Shown here one piece after another: positions 50,025 through 62,401 of a stretch of DNA of 64,000 nt. Below the pieces are notes generated by a model, which was not told the DNA's origin, did not search any database, and was given only the letters and a program-made list of their open reading frames with translations. The stretch is from Octopus vulgaris (lineage: Eukaryota): NCBI GenBank assembly GCA_951406725.2, contig OX597816.1, positions 131,936,001 to 132,000,000 of the forward strand, given 5' to 3'. The position numbers were made by a program, and so were the translations under genes. Positions within the stretch are counted from its first letter, which is position 1; each line of letters opens with the position of its first letter.

Positions 50025-50515
50025 TGTGTGAGTGTCTGTCCCCTTCGATTTAGATTCCTAACTACTCCCACATTTTGTGGTGCAGTTTAACCAAATTCGG
50101 GTATCTTATAGTCGTGATTTATATCGAGCCCGTCTGAGTATTAGCGCGCGTCTACAATGAGTCTACGATTTAAAAAATAATTTAACATCATTTTTTATTC
50201 CATTTTAATGCATAATTTTTCGTGTGTCGATGGCGGTGGAGTTGGCGTCCATGGTCACACCTGCACCTGTTTGCTTCTCCCTCTTCTTCCCTCCCTCGTG
50301 AAGCTGTGGGGAAGGGAGTGTAAGGAAATCAACGTCGTAAAGCGTTGTCAAGGAGACCAGCGTTCTTTTAGAACAACGACTTCATGGCTTGAAGACACCA
50401 AAACAGAAATGGCTAAGAAAGCCCGAATTGGCATCTATAAGGGAAGTAACTCTCTAAAAATGCTTATATAGTTATTTCCCTTACAAACCCGAGCAACGCC
50501 GGGCGATACTGCTAG
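50025..50515 (+). mobile_element. Non-autonomous Helitron (longer variant)
   Basis: Homologous to 32695-32979 with an extra ~220-bp internal segment; same hairpin + CTAG 3' end. Confidence 0.8.
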
Positions 50516-50765
50516 TATATATATATATATGAAGATATGAATCATGAAGGAATGATTGCATCCAAGAAAATACTAGTTCAATACCAAGTATTGTTGGGGA
50601 ATGAAATTCCCTTAAAACAATAGGCTTATATTAAGCTGTAAGAAGCGAAGATGACCAATTTGTTAATAATAAATAATTAACTTCCACATCTCCATTTTCT
50701 TTTCTTTTTTTAACTATACACACACACACACATATATATACATACATACATACATACATACATAC

Positions 50766-50811
<46 letters not shown>

Positions 50812-50859
50812 TACACACCCACATACAAAATAGTATATAGTATATAAAATATATATATA

Positions 50860-50901
<42 letters not shown>

Positions 50902-50902
<1 letters not shown>

Positions 50903-52020
50903 TAGCAGAGATATCCGGCCTTGCTCGGGATTAAAATGGCATAGTTTGTATATATTTATTTTACAGTTATGTTGAAACAAGTGATATGGGAAAGTGCAAC
51001 ATTGATCACAAAACATTTGTGGAGTAAATAATGAACTAATTCAACTAGACAACTTGTCATTCGTCCGTTTGGAGTATTCCAATCATGGAAAATTGGGCGG
51101 AGGGTATGTGATTTTTGAATGTACCAAAAAGCTATCAGTGGATATACTCTCCTTTGTGGCAGTCGGCACTGCATCTAAAATGACTCATCATCTGAAGTTT
51201 TGACACCTCTTTCGGGGTTTGTTGTCCTACATCACTCATAAAGTAAATTTGGAGTAACTGTGGTTGTACATTTATGGACAACAGAGAACTGATGCGGTGA
51301 TAAAGTAGCTGTTGAACTTTGAACATCAGCATAAATCCATGTTCAACTTATCTCCTTAGATGCACCAAATGATGTCATTTGAAATGCAGAGTTGTATTGT
51401 CTGATATTGTTCAGAAAATCCTTTGAATGGATGGAAGTGCCTTCCAGAAGATCTATTAGAAGTTGAGGAGGAGCTGGTAATGCTGGCAATCTTATCATAC
51501 CACCTGAGCAGCACATGCCATTAGTTTCATTTGGAAATTTTAAAGTTTGAGTTTAGTACACCAGTTTGGACAAAATTATCACTTTTACAAGAATGGAATA
51601 GATCATATCTGAAAGTAGCTCCAGAAGTTGTGAAGAACGAACTTGTACATAGTCTGTTTCTGAGAGCTATTCTATTGGGCTGCTGTCTAATCATTAAAAT
51701 GTTTTAATGATTCAGCATTAAGCGCTGCAGCATGCATTTGCTGATTTTGGGTAAGTCTCATCTTGCTTCTGTATTGAGACTCCATCTAATGTGTTGCAAT
51801 ATGCCTTTGCTGGTCTTAAGAAACCTCATCTTGTTTCTGTCTTGAGACTCCATTTGATGTACTGCAACTTGCATTTGCTGATCTTGGGAAAGTCTCATCT
51901 CCCTTCTCTCTTGATATTCCATCTGACGTACAGCAGTATGCCTTTGCTGATCTTGAGAAAGTCTCATCTCCTTCCTTTTACAAGGCTTAGAAAAACTGAA
52001 GGACTGCTGCAATAAGTGTG
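50902..52020 (-). mobile_element. Helitron deletion derivative (Rep N-terminal region joined to the 3' end)
   Basis: CSGGMIRLPALPAPPQLLIDLL, FLNNIRQYNSAFQMTSF and FKVQ..YHRISSL..QIYF; 3' end CCCGAGCAAGGCCGG...CTAG|T at 50902. Confidence 0.85.
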
Positions 52021-52155
52021 TGAATCTGAGGAGGGAATATGTTCAATAAAATCATAACTGATCCTCCTGTATGTTCTATTATCCAAAGCCAGGAACTTTT
52101 CAGCAGCCCCTCATATATACATAAAATGTATATTGCATATATCATGTACATGTAC

Positions 52156-52202
<47 letters not shown>

Positions 52203-52261
52203 TATTGTTCCATGAAAGAAAATTCAACAAAAAAATGTACTCCATCACGTGAGAAATAAAT

Positions 52262-52435
52262 ATTATTCATTTAAAGGACACATTAGAGCTACTAATAGTT
52301 TCATATGTTGAAAAATATCTCAAACACATTCTTCAGGCACAGACCACATATCATAAGAAACTAAAAAATATTTCTCAACATATGAAATTATTAGTAGCAC
52401 TCAAAGACATGTATTGTGTCCTTTAAATAAATAAT
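52262..52435. mobile_element. Fold-back with an HHR (52286-52340, - strand)
   Basis: Minus strand: GTGC-CTGAAGA-ATGTG...CATAT-GAAA-CTAtTAG-TA-GCtC. The opposite arm has GAAA-tTATTAG-TA-GCAC, which restores stem I. Confidence 0.7.
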
Positions 52436-52587
52436 GTGCATGTATATATAATCTAAAAATAGGATAAAATCTTTATCAGAATTTATCAAGTAGTCAGCGT
52501 GAAAAACCTTATAAGGGAAAAATTATAATTATTCCTTTTAAATATATTTATTTATATTAAGGGTATTACTACACATAAATGCCCTTG

Positions 52588-52629
<42 letters not shown>

Positions 52630-52799
52630 GAATATATTCAGTTGTGTCTGGGGAGAGTCATTTTTTTTTGTGCCTTATAATGTCACACACTCACTGGTAA
52701 AATTTCCACTTATTTCTTATTTTTACTTTCCTAAAATTTTCGTTGTGTCTTGCAACCTTTTCAATAGTCTTGACTCTCTATATATTCATATATATATAT

Positions 52800-52834
<35 letters not shown>

Positions 52835-52848
52835 TATATATATATATA

Positions 52849-53003
52849 TCATCATCATCATCATCATCATCATCGTTTAACGTCCGCTTTCCATGCTAGC
52901 ATACTGACTACGTCCCAGGTAGGGGCCACGGATTATGGCTTCACTAGTCTTGCCGGGTCTTCTCACGCACAGCATACTTCCATAGGTCTCGGTCTCTAGT
53001 CAT
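52849..53003 (-). mobile_element. Internally deleted RTE fragment (ORF end joined directly to the tail)
   Basis: (CAT)n + CGTCCGCTTTCCATGCTAGCAT fused to ACTGACTACGTCCCAGG...CTAGTCTTGCCGGGTCTTCTC. Confidence 0.75.
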
Positions 53004-53012
53004 ATGTATATG

Positions 53013-53045
<33 letters not shown>

Positions 53046-53841
53046 ATGTATCATATATGTATATATATATATATATACATATATGTGTGTAACAAGCTTC
53101 TACATCTTCACTCCACTAAATTCATTCACAATGTCCAAAGCTATAATAAAAGACAAGATCACAATGCCACATAGCATATCTGAACCTGGAATCATAAGGC
53201 TATGAAAAGAACTTCTCAACCACACAGCCATATCTTGTAGGATATAATTTGACAGAAATTTGGCTGCTATGTGTAAAAAGCAGAAGAACTATATTTATAT
53301 TCCTTCATATCTCAACAATGGCATTGCATATTTTTTTTTTTTTTTTTTTTTTGTACTTGTTTCAGTCATTTGACTGCGGCCAAACACACACAACGCCCGG
53401 TCTGGGAATCGAAACCGCGATCCTCCGACCGCAAGTCCGCTGCCCTAACCACTGCCCTAACCATATATTCCAATATTTCTAATATTTCAATGATAGCATC
53501 ACAGCTAGCCAAAATAATAAAGATGTTAAATTTCACAACTAGAGATCTGAGTTGTCAGTAGATAGATGTTTTGCTGTCGGTCAGGGTTGCTTATATCTAT
53601 CTGTTTTATGTCTTGTTAAAAAAGATATTCAGTGTTACATGCTGGAGGATGTAGAAAGAGACAGATGTGTCACACATCTGGGTAGGATACATTTAAAGTG
53701 TACCACAAGGATATCCTATAAGAGTTGTCCATAGTTCTGACTAAACTCTCTTATCAGTAGATGATGTTTTACTCTCAAAGTTTTTTCATGACTGACAGAG
53801 TTTGTTAAAAATAGTTGAGTAAGAAGACAGATAATAAATAA

Positions 53842-53869
<28 letters not shown>

Positions 53870-53879
<10 letters not shown>

Positions 53880-54247
53880 GGCAGTTTGTCTGTGTGTGTT
53901 TCTGTGTGTCTGTCAGGTTGTACCCTCACCCTGACCACGGCTTTCAACCGATTCTGATGAAACTTGACACACACATAGCCCAATGTCATAATTCAAAACT
54001 AACGCAGCGAAAATTTTGAAAAGTTCCCCCAGTTCTGAAAAAGATCAATAAATTCGACATGGGGTCGACAATCAGAAACACAAACCACAGATGGTTTAGG
54101 GGACGCAACTCGACCTCTTTAACTATCAAAAAAAATTTACCATAATTTTTTTCCCAATTTTTTTGCTATTTTTTGGCTATAACTCTCTAAAAATGCTTTA
54201 TAGTTATTTCCCTTACAAGCCCGAGCAACGCCGGGCGATACTGCTAG
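53870..54247 (+). mobile_element. Non-autonomous Helitron (different 5' half, same 3' end)
   Basis: Shares TATAACTCTCTAAAAATGC...CCCGAGCAACGCCGGGCGATACTGCTAG with the other copies. Confidence 0.78.
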
Positions 54248-54734
54248 TATATATATAAAGGAGAAAACATATAACTTGATTTTAGAATAAATCAATTTTA
54301 TTATTCTTCGCATGATTGCATTACCAAAGATTGGATCTCGGATTCCTGACAATAACAAACTGTAAATTCCTTTCAGGCTCTTCCTTGTTATAAAAGTATA
54401 TATGTATGTATGCATGCATACATGCATCTATGTATGTATGCATGTGTGTGTGTGCATGCATGTGTGTTTGCATTTGTATGTATATATGTGCATATGTACA
54501 TATGCATGTATATATTTTTAGTTATTTAAAGTCTTCCTATAGGAGAGGATCTGATTTCTAACAACAATTCAAAGCTCTGTCATTGGAACATAGATAACAA
54601 AAACAATGTCACAGTTTGAGAAAAGTCTTACATATTTTTATTGTTTTGCTTACAAATTGCATTTGTGATGTGCTTCTTAGCTGATGGATTTCTTTTTCTG
54701 AAAACTCCCATATCAATTTGTATTAATTGTTATT

Positions 54735-55055
54735 TACTCTTTTACTTGTTTCAGTCATTTGACTGCAGCCATGCTGGAGCATCGCCTTTAGTCGGGACTT
54801 ATTCTTTGTAAGCCCAGTACTTATTCCATCGGTCTCTTTTGCCGAACCGCTAAGTGACGGGGACATAAACACACCAGCATCGGTTGTCAAGCAATGCCAG
54901 GGGGACAAACACAGACACACACACTTATATATATATATACGACAGGCTTCTTTCAGGAATTGGTCGGCCCGGGGCTATAGCAGAAGACACTTGCCCAAGA
55001 TGCCACGCAGTGGGACTGAACCCAGAACCATGTGGTTGGTTAGCAAGCTACTTTC
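54735..55055 (-). mobile_element. tRNA-derived SINE
   Basis: Homologous to 21270-21632. Confidence 0.8.
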
Positions 55056-55079
55056 CATTGGCATAAATGTGAATTTATA

Positions 55080-55615
55080 ATCTGAGTAGAGAAACTGAAG
55101 GTTTCAAAGCATAGTTATCCTCTTTCTGTTTTTCAAAGAGATATTCATATCAGCAGATGGCTGACCTCTATGTCAGTACATACTTTTTCTTATCTGTCCA
55201 GTACAATTATGTCTGGCCTCTTTGCATTTGGTAGAAGTTTTGATAAAAATGTTTCACCAATATTCCTTGTGTTGACGTTTATGTATGTATTCAATAACAG
55301 GATGATTTTCTATATTTATTCCAGAACAATCTTTTTTTGGATGGCATTCTATATTGTTTTAGTGACAACATTACGTTGCATTGGGAAGTTGTATCTGGGG
55401 CAGCTACCAACCACATGTGTGATGTCTTCCACAGAAATGTGCCATAACTGACATTTTTGGTTGCATCTTGGGGCATCAAAGTCTTCAATTTCACTTTTGT
55501 TTATTGGCATTTTGTGGTAATCTCCTATGCTTGGACTGCAAAACAAAGTGTGATGTGATATGATAAAGAAATTATGGGCTATTCTGATACTTGTAGCAGC
55601 AGCAGATGCAAGCAT
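55080..55615 (-). mobile_element. Degenerate RLE-type LINE C-terminal fragment
   Basis: CQLWHISVEDITHVVGSCP (CCHC knuckle-like) and PDIIVLD. A related piece lies at ~45975-46130. Confidence 0.6.
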
Positions 55616-55739
55616 GTAGTAACTGGAACTTTAGGAAAGAAATGGTAGGAAATTAAAATCCCAAACTAAAACAATTGCAGAAATACTCTCTTTTTGAAAT
55701 ATTCCCTTTGTAAAATTCATAACATCAGAAATGACCCAG

Positions 55740-56465
55740 TTCTATATTTAAGAGATGAGGAATTATGTACATTATTTACATTATTTACATTTGATGGATA
55801 TTTATCCTTACCTTGTTTGTTGTTAACACAACGTTTTGGCTGATATACCCTCTAGCCATCATCAGGTGTCTTGGGGAAATTTCGAACCTGGGTTCTCATT
55901 CCTAAGGTATTTTTCAATGTTATTATTATCATTATATCCGTCAAATGTAAATAATGCAAATAATGTAAATAATGTACATAATTCCTCATCTTTTAAATAT
56001 AGAAGTGTATTATCTAATCGGTACGGAGCCAACATTAGACTTCAATGGAGACATAAAGAGAAACTCCATCAAAAACTAGCTTGTCTTTCAAACCATCTAA
56101 CTTTCTTGCGTAGATGTTGAGACTCAAGGCTAATATCACCTGGCTTGAATATAATGACACCAGTCAATTCATATAAAGCTAAAAGAGTAGCGGAAAGGGA
56201 AGGACATAACCTCGTCTGTGAGAGGATCCATTAAAACCGTTGGAAAAAACATCAACTAAATAACAAAATCAAAGAAATGTTATCTTCATTACTTAGGAAA
56301 ATAACCAGAGTTGATGATAGAAAGAGACACCAACAAGATCTAGAAAAGTTGTACTTGAAAGAAGTTGAAATGGTGAAGACATGCCAGATTAAGAAATTTA
56401 TAGAGCTCAAAGGTCAGAGAATGGAGACTCTGAAAGCAGTAATTAACACCAGAAGTTGTTGTTGA
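55740..56465 (+). mobile_element. PLE 5' remnant with an inverted HHR-bearing arm
   Basis: Inverted arms ~55740-55801 and ~55934-56004. Minus-strand HHR at 55825-55870: GACAC-CTGATGA-tGGCT...AGCC-aAAA-CG-TT-GTGTT. The + strand continues KLACLSNHLTFLRRC*DSRLISPGL, resembling the PLE N-terminal HLxFLxxC...PxGL motif. Confidence 0.7.
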
Positions 56466-56689
56466 CAAACAACAGCAGTAATTTTATTCAGCTGAATACA
56501 CAACATTGATTGGTTGGATTTACTGAAATAAGACTACTTTAACACGAAATAACTTTGAAAATACAAACTTTTCTCAACAACACTAAGAGTAAAAGATGTT
56601 TTATATGATGCATTCTACCAATGTCCGAAGTTTGAAAGTGTTTGGTTACAAAAATTAATTTCTTGATCTGCCATTCAAAGGGTAAATAT

Positions 56690-57009
56690 CCAACATAACT
56701 AGTCTGGGAACTTTTTGATACCACCTCATATTGTAGTAACAGACTAATGAGGGACCACTCTAGTATATTCAACCCTGTGTAGCTTTATACTGATGTTGTA
56801 TATTTTGCCATACAGAATGGCATTAAACTAATGTGGTTTGAAATAGAACTGTACAGAAACAGTTGTAACTTTTAAATTTGTGCTACAGTTACTCTACAGA
56901 ATTCTTACACACCATTTATACCAATGGTGAGCACCTGGAATTCCTGCACTAATGGACTTATTTTAATCAGAATGCCAGTCTTAGAGTCTTAGAGAGTAGA
57001 TGTCCAGCA

Positions 57010-57059
<50 letters not shown>

Positions 57060-57430
57060 TGATTAAAACAATTTGATTCAAATTTATTGGTACTCTTGAG
57101 TTTCAAGCGTGATGCTAATCATCAGCCATTCTGAATTTGAATGACAGAAGTTGATTGTTATTACCATAAGATGGGCTGTGATTGGTCGAGAACGGTCATG
57201 CAGTGTCATGGTTTGATGTTGGAAAATACTGCATGGTGAACAGGAAACTGACCATGCAGAGGCTATCAATTAAGAAATCAATCAAGTTGTTGGGGAGGGA
57301 AGTTGGAAGAGGCAGCATGTGCAAGTTTGTGCCAAAACTATTTTCAGCTGATCAAAATGCTCCTTGGGTTTCATTTCCACAAGACCTCCTTCATTGTGTC
57401 AAGAATGATGAAAACTTTGTGTAAGCCTCT
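56690..57430. mobile_element. Mariner-like remnants
   Basis: TIR-like TATGAGGTGGTATCAAAAAGTTCC on - at ~56705-56731; peptide KFVPKLFSADQ...DLL....NDENF (cf. mariner WVPxxL). Confidence 0.5.
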
Positions 57431-57682
57431 GAGCAGGTATCGCCAAGCTTTTGGCAAAACTAGATGAAGATTCTCTGTCCAACTTTGTCATGTTCAATGC
57501 AATGAACACATGCCAAACTCCTTCCTTCCAAGCACTACTGTAAATAGCAGAAGTGAGCTACAATATCAAAACTTAGTGTGCATGTACAGCAGAGTTTAAG
57601 GTCAATCTGTGCCTAGCAGCTTTACTCTCTGCTTTAGTTTCATTACTATAGCAACAGACCAGATACTTATTGATCAGACCAC

Positions 57683-57757
<75 letters not shown>

Positions 57758-57759
57758 CT

Positions 57760-57897
57760 CTGTTGTATCTGGGAAGAGTCATTTTCTTTTTGTGCCTTAT
57801 AATGTAACACTCGCCGGTAAAATTTCCACTTATTTCTTATTTTCATTTTATACATTATAAGGCACAAAAAGAAAATGACTCTCTCCTGACACAACAG
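57760..57897. repeat. Fold-back of a dispersed repeat also present unfolded at ~52640-52775
   Basis: TGTTGTATCTGGGAAGAGTCATTTTCTTTTTGTGCCTTATAATGTA / TACATTATAAGGCACAAAAAGAAAATGACTCTCTCCTGACACAACA. Confidence 0.8.
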
Positions 57898-58380
57898 CAT
57901 ATGCTTCAACACCCGAACTCTTATAAAGAATATTGCAAACCAAATAAAAAAAACGAAATATATATATATATAAATCCCAAAAACGGAACAAGAACATAAC
58001 AGACAACAATGAAAACATACGGACAGATGTATGATACAAAGACGGACAGGAAAACCAGGACAGAACATTTGTGGCTTTCTATTCATCAGTCAAGCTTCCA
58101 ATCATCATTACAGTTTTGGCCTTTTACACTTGAGACTGTTCAAAATTGGTAGGCCACAAAAATCTAAGCTAAGGGCATTAAATTTTTGGAAGAAAGTGAG
58201 TGAGTATGTGCAACAATACAGACAAAAAAATGAGAAAATGGAGAAAATGTTACACGATTACAAATACAAACAACAAGAATAACAACAGGTGTCTTTCAAC
58301 CAAAAGGACAAGTTAAGTTAAGCTGGCATGTGGAGTGGAAGCCTTGCGGCAATAAACATAGATTAATAGTCAACTATATA

Positions 58381-58423
<43 letters not shown>

Positions 58424-58740
58424 GAGTGAGAGAGCAGTGCATGCCATCAAAGTGACACTGGCGTAAAATATACGAAGCCCAGTATACCCATCATGACTAC
58501 CTGTCTGATAAGGGTACACTAGACACATGCATCACAACCCTGTGTGCACAACATGGTGATCTCATATCAAGATAAACAGCACATGACCTTGTAGGTGGGC
58601 CCCAGTTAGAATTTTCTTCAGGTTGAGTAACCCATCCTGCTCAAAAGGTCCCTGAATAAGGGTTGTTTAAGGATATTGAACAAAACACCCATGTTTCCAG
58701 ATGTGAATTATTCAAACCCCAAAGAATTCCTCTCAAGGGA
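58424..58740. mobile_element. (TTA)n-embedded dispersed repeat; deleted relative at 61218-61425
   Basis: Both begin GAGTGAGAGA.CAGTG after (TTA)n and share GTGAATTATTCAAACCCCAAAGAAT. Confidence 0.6.
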
Positions 58741-58802
58741 TTATTATTATTATTATGTTTTTTCCTTCTTTCTTCAAATTTTCTTCCGTTTCTCACCGAG
58801 TG

Positions 58803-58839
<37 letters not shown>

Positions 58840-61195
58840 GTAGTTTTATTTTTATAGCGTGCTTTCACTTCACTACCGAGCGCAGCTCTGTGTGCCTTGG
58901 GTATGTGCTGTGATTTGTTGTGATGCTCTGATGGTTATTGTATGGAAAGTGTTCTGCGTAGGATGTGTGCAGTGCCTAATAGTGCAATTTTCTGTATGTT
59001 ATATGTGTTTGTAAGTCCTGGTGTTTTTGTTATGTATTTGTCTGAATATTTTTTTATCATTGATCGATTTCCATTGATCGATTTTTTATCATTGATCGAT
59101 TTCCATTGATCGATTTCGAGGATCAGAATCGAAATCGATCAATGGAAATCGATCAATGGAAATTGCAGATGTGTTACCAGTGCCGGTGTTACCAGTGCCG
59201 GTGGCATGTAAGAGAACTTTCCGTTTCGCGACTGTTGCCAGCACTGCTCCGTTTCGTGTCCGTTGCCAGCCTCGCCTGGCCCTCGTGCCGGTGGCACATA
59301 AAAAGCACCATCCGTTCGTGGCCGTTTGCCAGCTCTGTCTGGCACCAGTGCGGGTGGCACGTAAAAAGCACCCACTACACTCACGGAGTGGTTGGCGTTA
59401 GGAAGGGCATCCAGCCGTAGAAACACTGCCAGATTTGACTGGGCCTGATGAAGCCTTCTGGCTTCACAGACCCCAGTAGAACCGTCCAACCCATGCTAGC
59501 ATGGAAAACGGACGCTAAACGACGATGATGATGATGATGATGATGATGCCTAATGCACCTACTATGATAGGAATTGTTTCTGTTTTCAGGTTCCACATTC
59601 TAGTTATCTCTATTTCCAGGTCTTTGTATTTTGAGAGTTTCTCCATTTCTTTTAGAGACACGTTGTCATCTGCCGGTATTGATACATCAATTAGAAAGCA
59701 TTTTTTTCTTCATGATCTCTGACAACTATATCTGGTCTGTTGGCCTTAATTTCTCTATCTGTGTGTATCGGCATATCCCAGAGTATGGTTGCTTTCTCGT
59801 TTTCTGTGACCTTTTCTGGTGTGTGCCTATACCATCTTTTTTCTGTTGTTATTCCATAATGTTGGCATAGCTTCCAATGTATGTAGGTTCCAACTCTGTC
59901 ATGTCTGTGAATATATTCCTTCTTAGCCAGGACTGGGCAGCTAGAGATAATATGATTTATTGTTTCTTGTCCATCTCCACATATTCTGCAGTTACTTGTA
60001 ATATTTCTTTTCATTACATGTTTTTGGTAATTTCTGGTGGGGAGGCTTTGGTCTTGTGCTGCAATTAAAAATCCCTCTGTTTCTGCTTTGAGTCCTGAGC
60101 TTCTCAACCATTGCTGGGATTTTTCTTTGTCTATTTCTTTTGCGTTTAGTTTAGTGCAGTATTTACCATGAAGGGGCTTTTCTTGCCATCGTTTTATCAT
60201 GGCTCGTTGCTATTCTATTTTTAGTTTGGATTTCATTTGTTTTATAGCTTTTGTTGTTTCTTCATCATCTTCTTCTTCTTCTTTGTGTTTATTAGGTGGT
60301 ATGATTTCTTGTTTGTATTTGTCAGCTTCCTTAAATACTGAGAACAGTTTTTTGTTTTGCTCGTGTTTTGCTGCTATCTGGATCAGTTTTCCTTCCTTCT
60401 GAAGTAGGTATTTTTGCAGTCCTATGGTGGTTATTTTATAGTAGTTTTCCAGCTGTATAAGGCCTCTACCACCTTCTATACGTTGTATATATAGTCTTTC
60501 TATGTCAGATTTTGGGTGATGCATCCTAGATCCTGTCAGTATTTTTCTTGTTTTCCTATCTATTTTGGACAGTTCATTTTGTGTCCAGTTAAGGATATTG
60601 TAGCTGTAACTTATAACTGGGACAGCTAAAGTGTTGATACCTATTATCTTGTTTTTAGCATTGAGCTCTGTTTTTAGTATTGATCTAACTCGTCTATAAT
60701 ATTCTTTTTTTATTTTCTCTTTCATTTGTGTGTGTTGTGTCTTATCTAGTTCATGGATTCCTAAGTATTTGTAAGTTTGGCTTTTGTCTAATTCTTTTAT
60801 TTCATTGGTTTTATCTAGTGTGATGTTGTTACTCTTAACTAGTTTTCCTCTTTTCATGGTTACTTTGGCGCATTTTTCTAATCCAAATTTCATATCTATT
60901 TCTTTGGTAAATCCATGAACTGTCTTTAATAGTGTTTCCAGCTGTTTGTCATTTGCAGCGTATAGTTTTAGGTCATCCATATATAAAAGGTGGCTGATCG
61001 TTTTGCCGTAACATTTATATCCGCATCCAGTTCTATTTAGCATATCAGATAGAGGTGACAGTGCCAAGCAGAAAAGGAGTGGAGAGAGCGTGTCTCCCTG
61101 GAATATTCCTCTTCTAATGGGGATGTCTTTGGTTTTCATGAGTCCCTCTTTTGTTTGGAGGTGTAGAACTGTTTGCCATTTATTCATAGAGTGCT
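58840..61195 (-). mobile_element. R4/Dong-like non-LTR retrotransposon (RT + CCHC + restriction-like endonuclease), 5'-truncated, in (TAA)n, interrupted by an RTE insertion
   Basis: RGIFQGDTLSPLLF, HLLYMDDLKL, YKYLG, GGRGL; CRIC...ETINHIISSC; RHD; KANRPDIVV; IPIIVGALG|MIKK...ILRRTL*. (TTA)n tracts at both ends. Confidence 0.9.
59061..59547 (+). mobile_element. RTE 3'-UTR insertion inside the RLE LINE
   Basis: Reverse-complement match to 38300-38700 with a (GAT)n tail; splits the host codons ...GALG / MIKK. Confidence 0.88.
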
Positions 61196-61425
61196 TATTA
61201 TTATTATTATTATTATTGAGTGAGAGAACAGTGAATTATTCAAACCCCAAAGAATATTTCTCAACACATGCCTATGATGCTCCCCCACTACTTCTGCTTG
61301 CGATCAGAGATGCACATATCGTCAGCCACTAAGAGACATGCTCAACTGGTTATGGTCAAACAACTGACAAGCAATCTGTGGTATTGAGCAGAATATTTGC
61401 TGTAGCCCATCTTTTATACAAGACA

Positions 61426-61467
<42 letters not shown>

Positions 61468-61469
61468 GT

Positions 61470-62016
61470 GGGTTTTTCTTCTTTCAAATTTGCTTCCATT
61501 TCTTGCCAAGTGTCTTCCCGACTCCTAGGGCAAAGAAACTCATAGTATACATTGGTAGGCCATTAAACTAAACTCACTAATTCGTTCATTTTTTTTTTTT
61601 TGATAGAAATAAAGTTAAATTAAAATACATGGGTAGTAATAGTTCTCACATCGACAATGCTCTTCTCAATACGTGTGATGTACCAGTTAAGACAATCTTT
61701 TGCACTTCTTGCAGGGATGGTAAGCCAGGGATCATTCTCATATAATTTTCGGTTCCCTTCTTGATCATTCCTAGTGCTCCTACGATCACTGGTATTGTAA
61801 CCGCCTTGAGATGCCACATTTTCTCAATTTCAATGAGCAGCTCTTTATATTTTCTGAGCTTGTCAAATTCTTTCACCGAGATATTATGATCACAGGGGAT
61901 GGTCATGTTGATCAATAAGCAAACTTTATTGTTTAGGTCTTTCACAACAATATCAGGTTTATTGGCTTTGATGGTTCGGTCTGTATGTACTGGAAAGTCC
62001 CACAGAATTGTTACAT
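61470..62016 (-). mobile_element. Second R4/Dong-like LINE 3' fragment (RLE domain + 3' UTR)
   Basis: VTILWDFPVHTDRTIKANKPDIVVKD...KLRKYKEL...IPVIVGALG...VLRRAL. Ends at (TAA)n. Confidence 0.85.
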
Positions 62017-62179
62017 TGTTGTTGTTGTTGTTGTTGTTGTTGTCGTCGTCGTCGTCGTCGTTGTTGTTGTTGTTGTTGTTGTTGTTATTATTTAGTACAG
62101 TCTGATTCAGCTCCATGCAACTTAAAGTTTTGAATGACTTCTTGCAGAAACCTATTTCATTAAGGCTCAGTTAACCGAA

Positions 62180-62395
62180 TGGAGCAAACACAGACACAAA
62201 GCCACACACACACACACACTCACATATGTAGACAGGTTTCTTTCAGCTTCTTTCTAACAAGATCCACTCACAAGGCTTTGATTGGTCCAAGGCTACATAG
62301 TAGAAGATACTTGACCATGGTGCCAAGCAGTGTTACTGAACCTTAAATCATGTAGTTGGGAACCAAGCTTCTTACCACACAGTCACACCTATGCC
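62180..62395 (-). mobile_element. tRNA-derived SINE, diverged 5' part
   Basis: Homologous to 21420-21632. Confidence 0.7.
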
Positions 62396-62401
62396 TGTTA
62401 T

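Noticed and set aside
58040-58100. Minus-strand CTGATGA...GAAA in a (TA)n-flanked repeat
   Set aside because: Only 3 nt lie between the core halves, and I could not build stems I-III.
61646-62116. Poly-Asn/Asp N-terminus as part of a real protein
   Set aside because: An (AAC)/(GAC) microsatellite abutting a truncated RLE LINE fragment.
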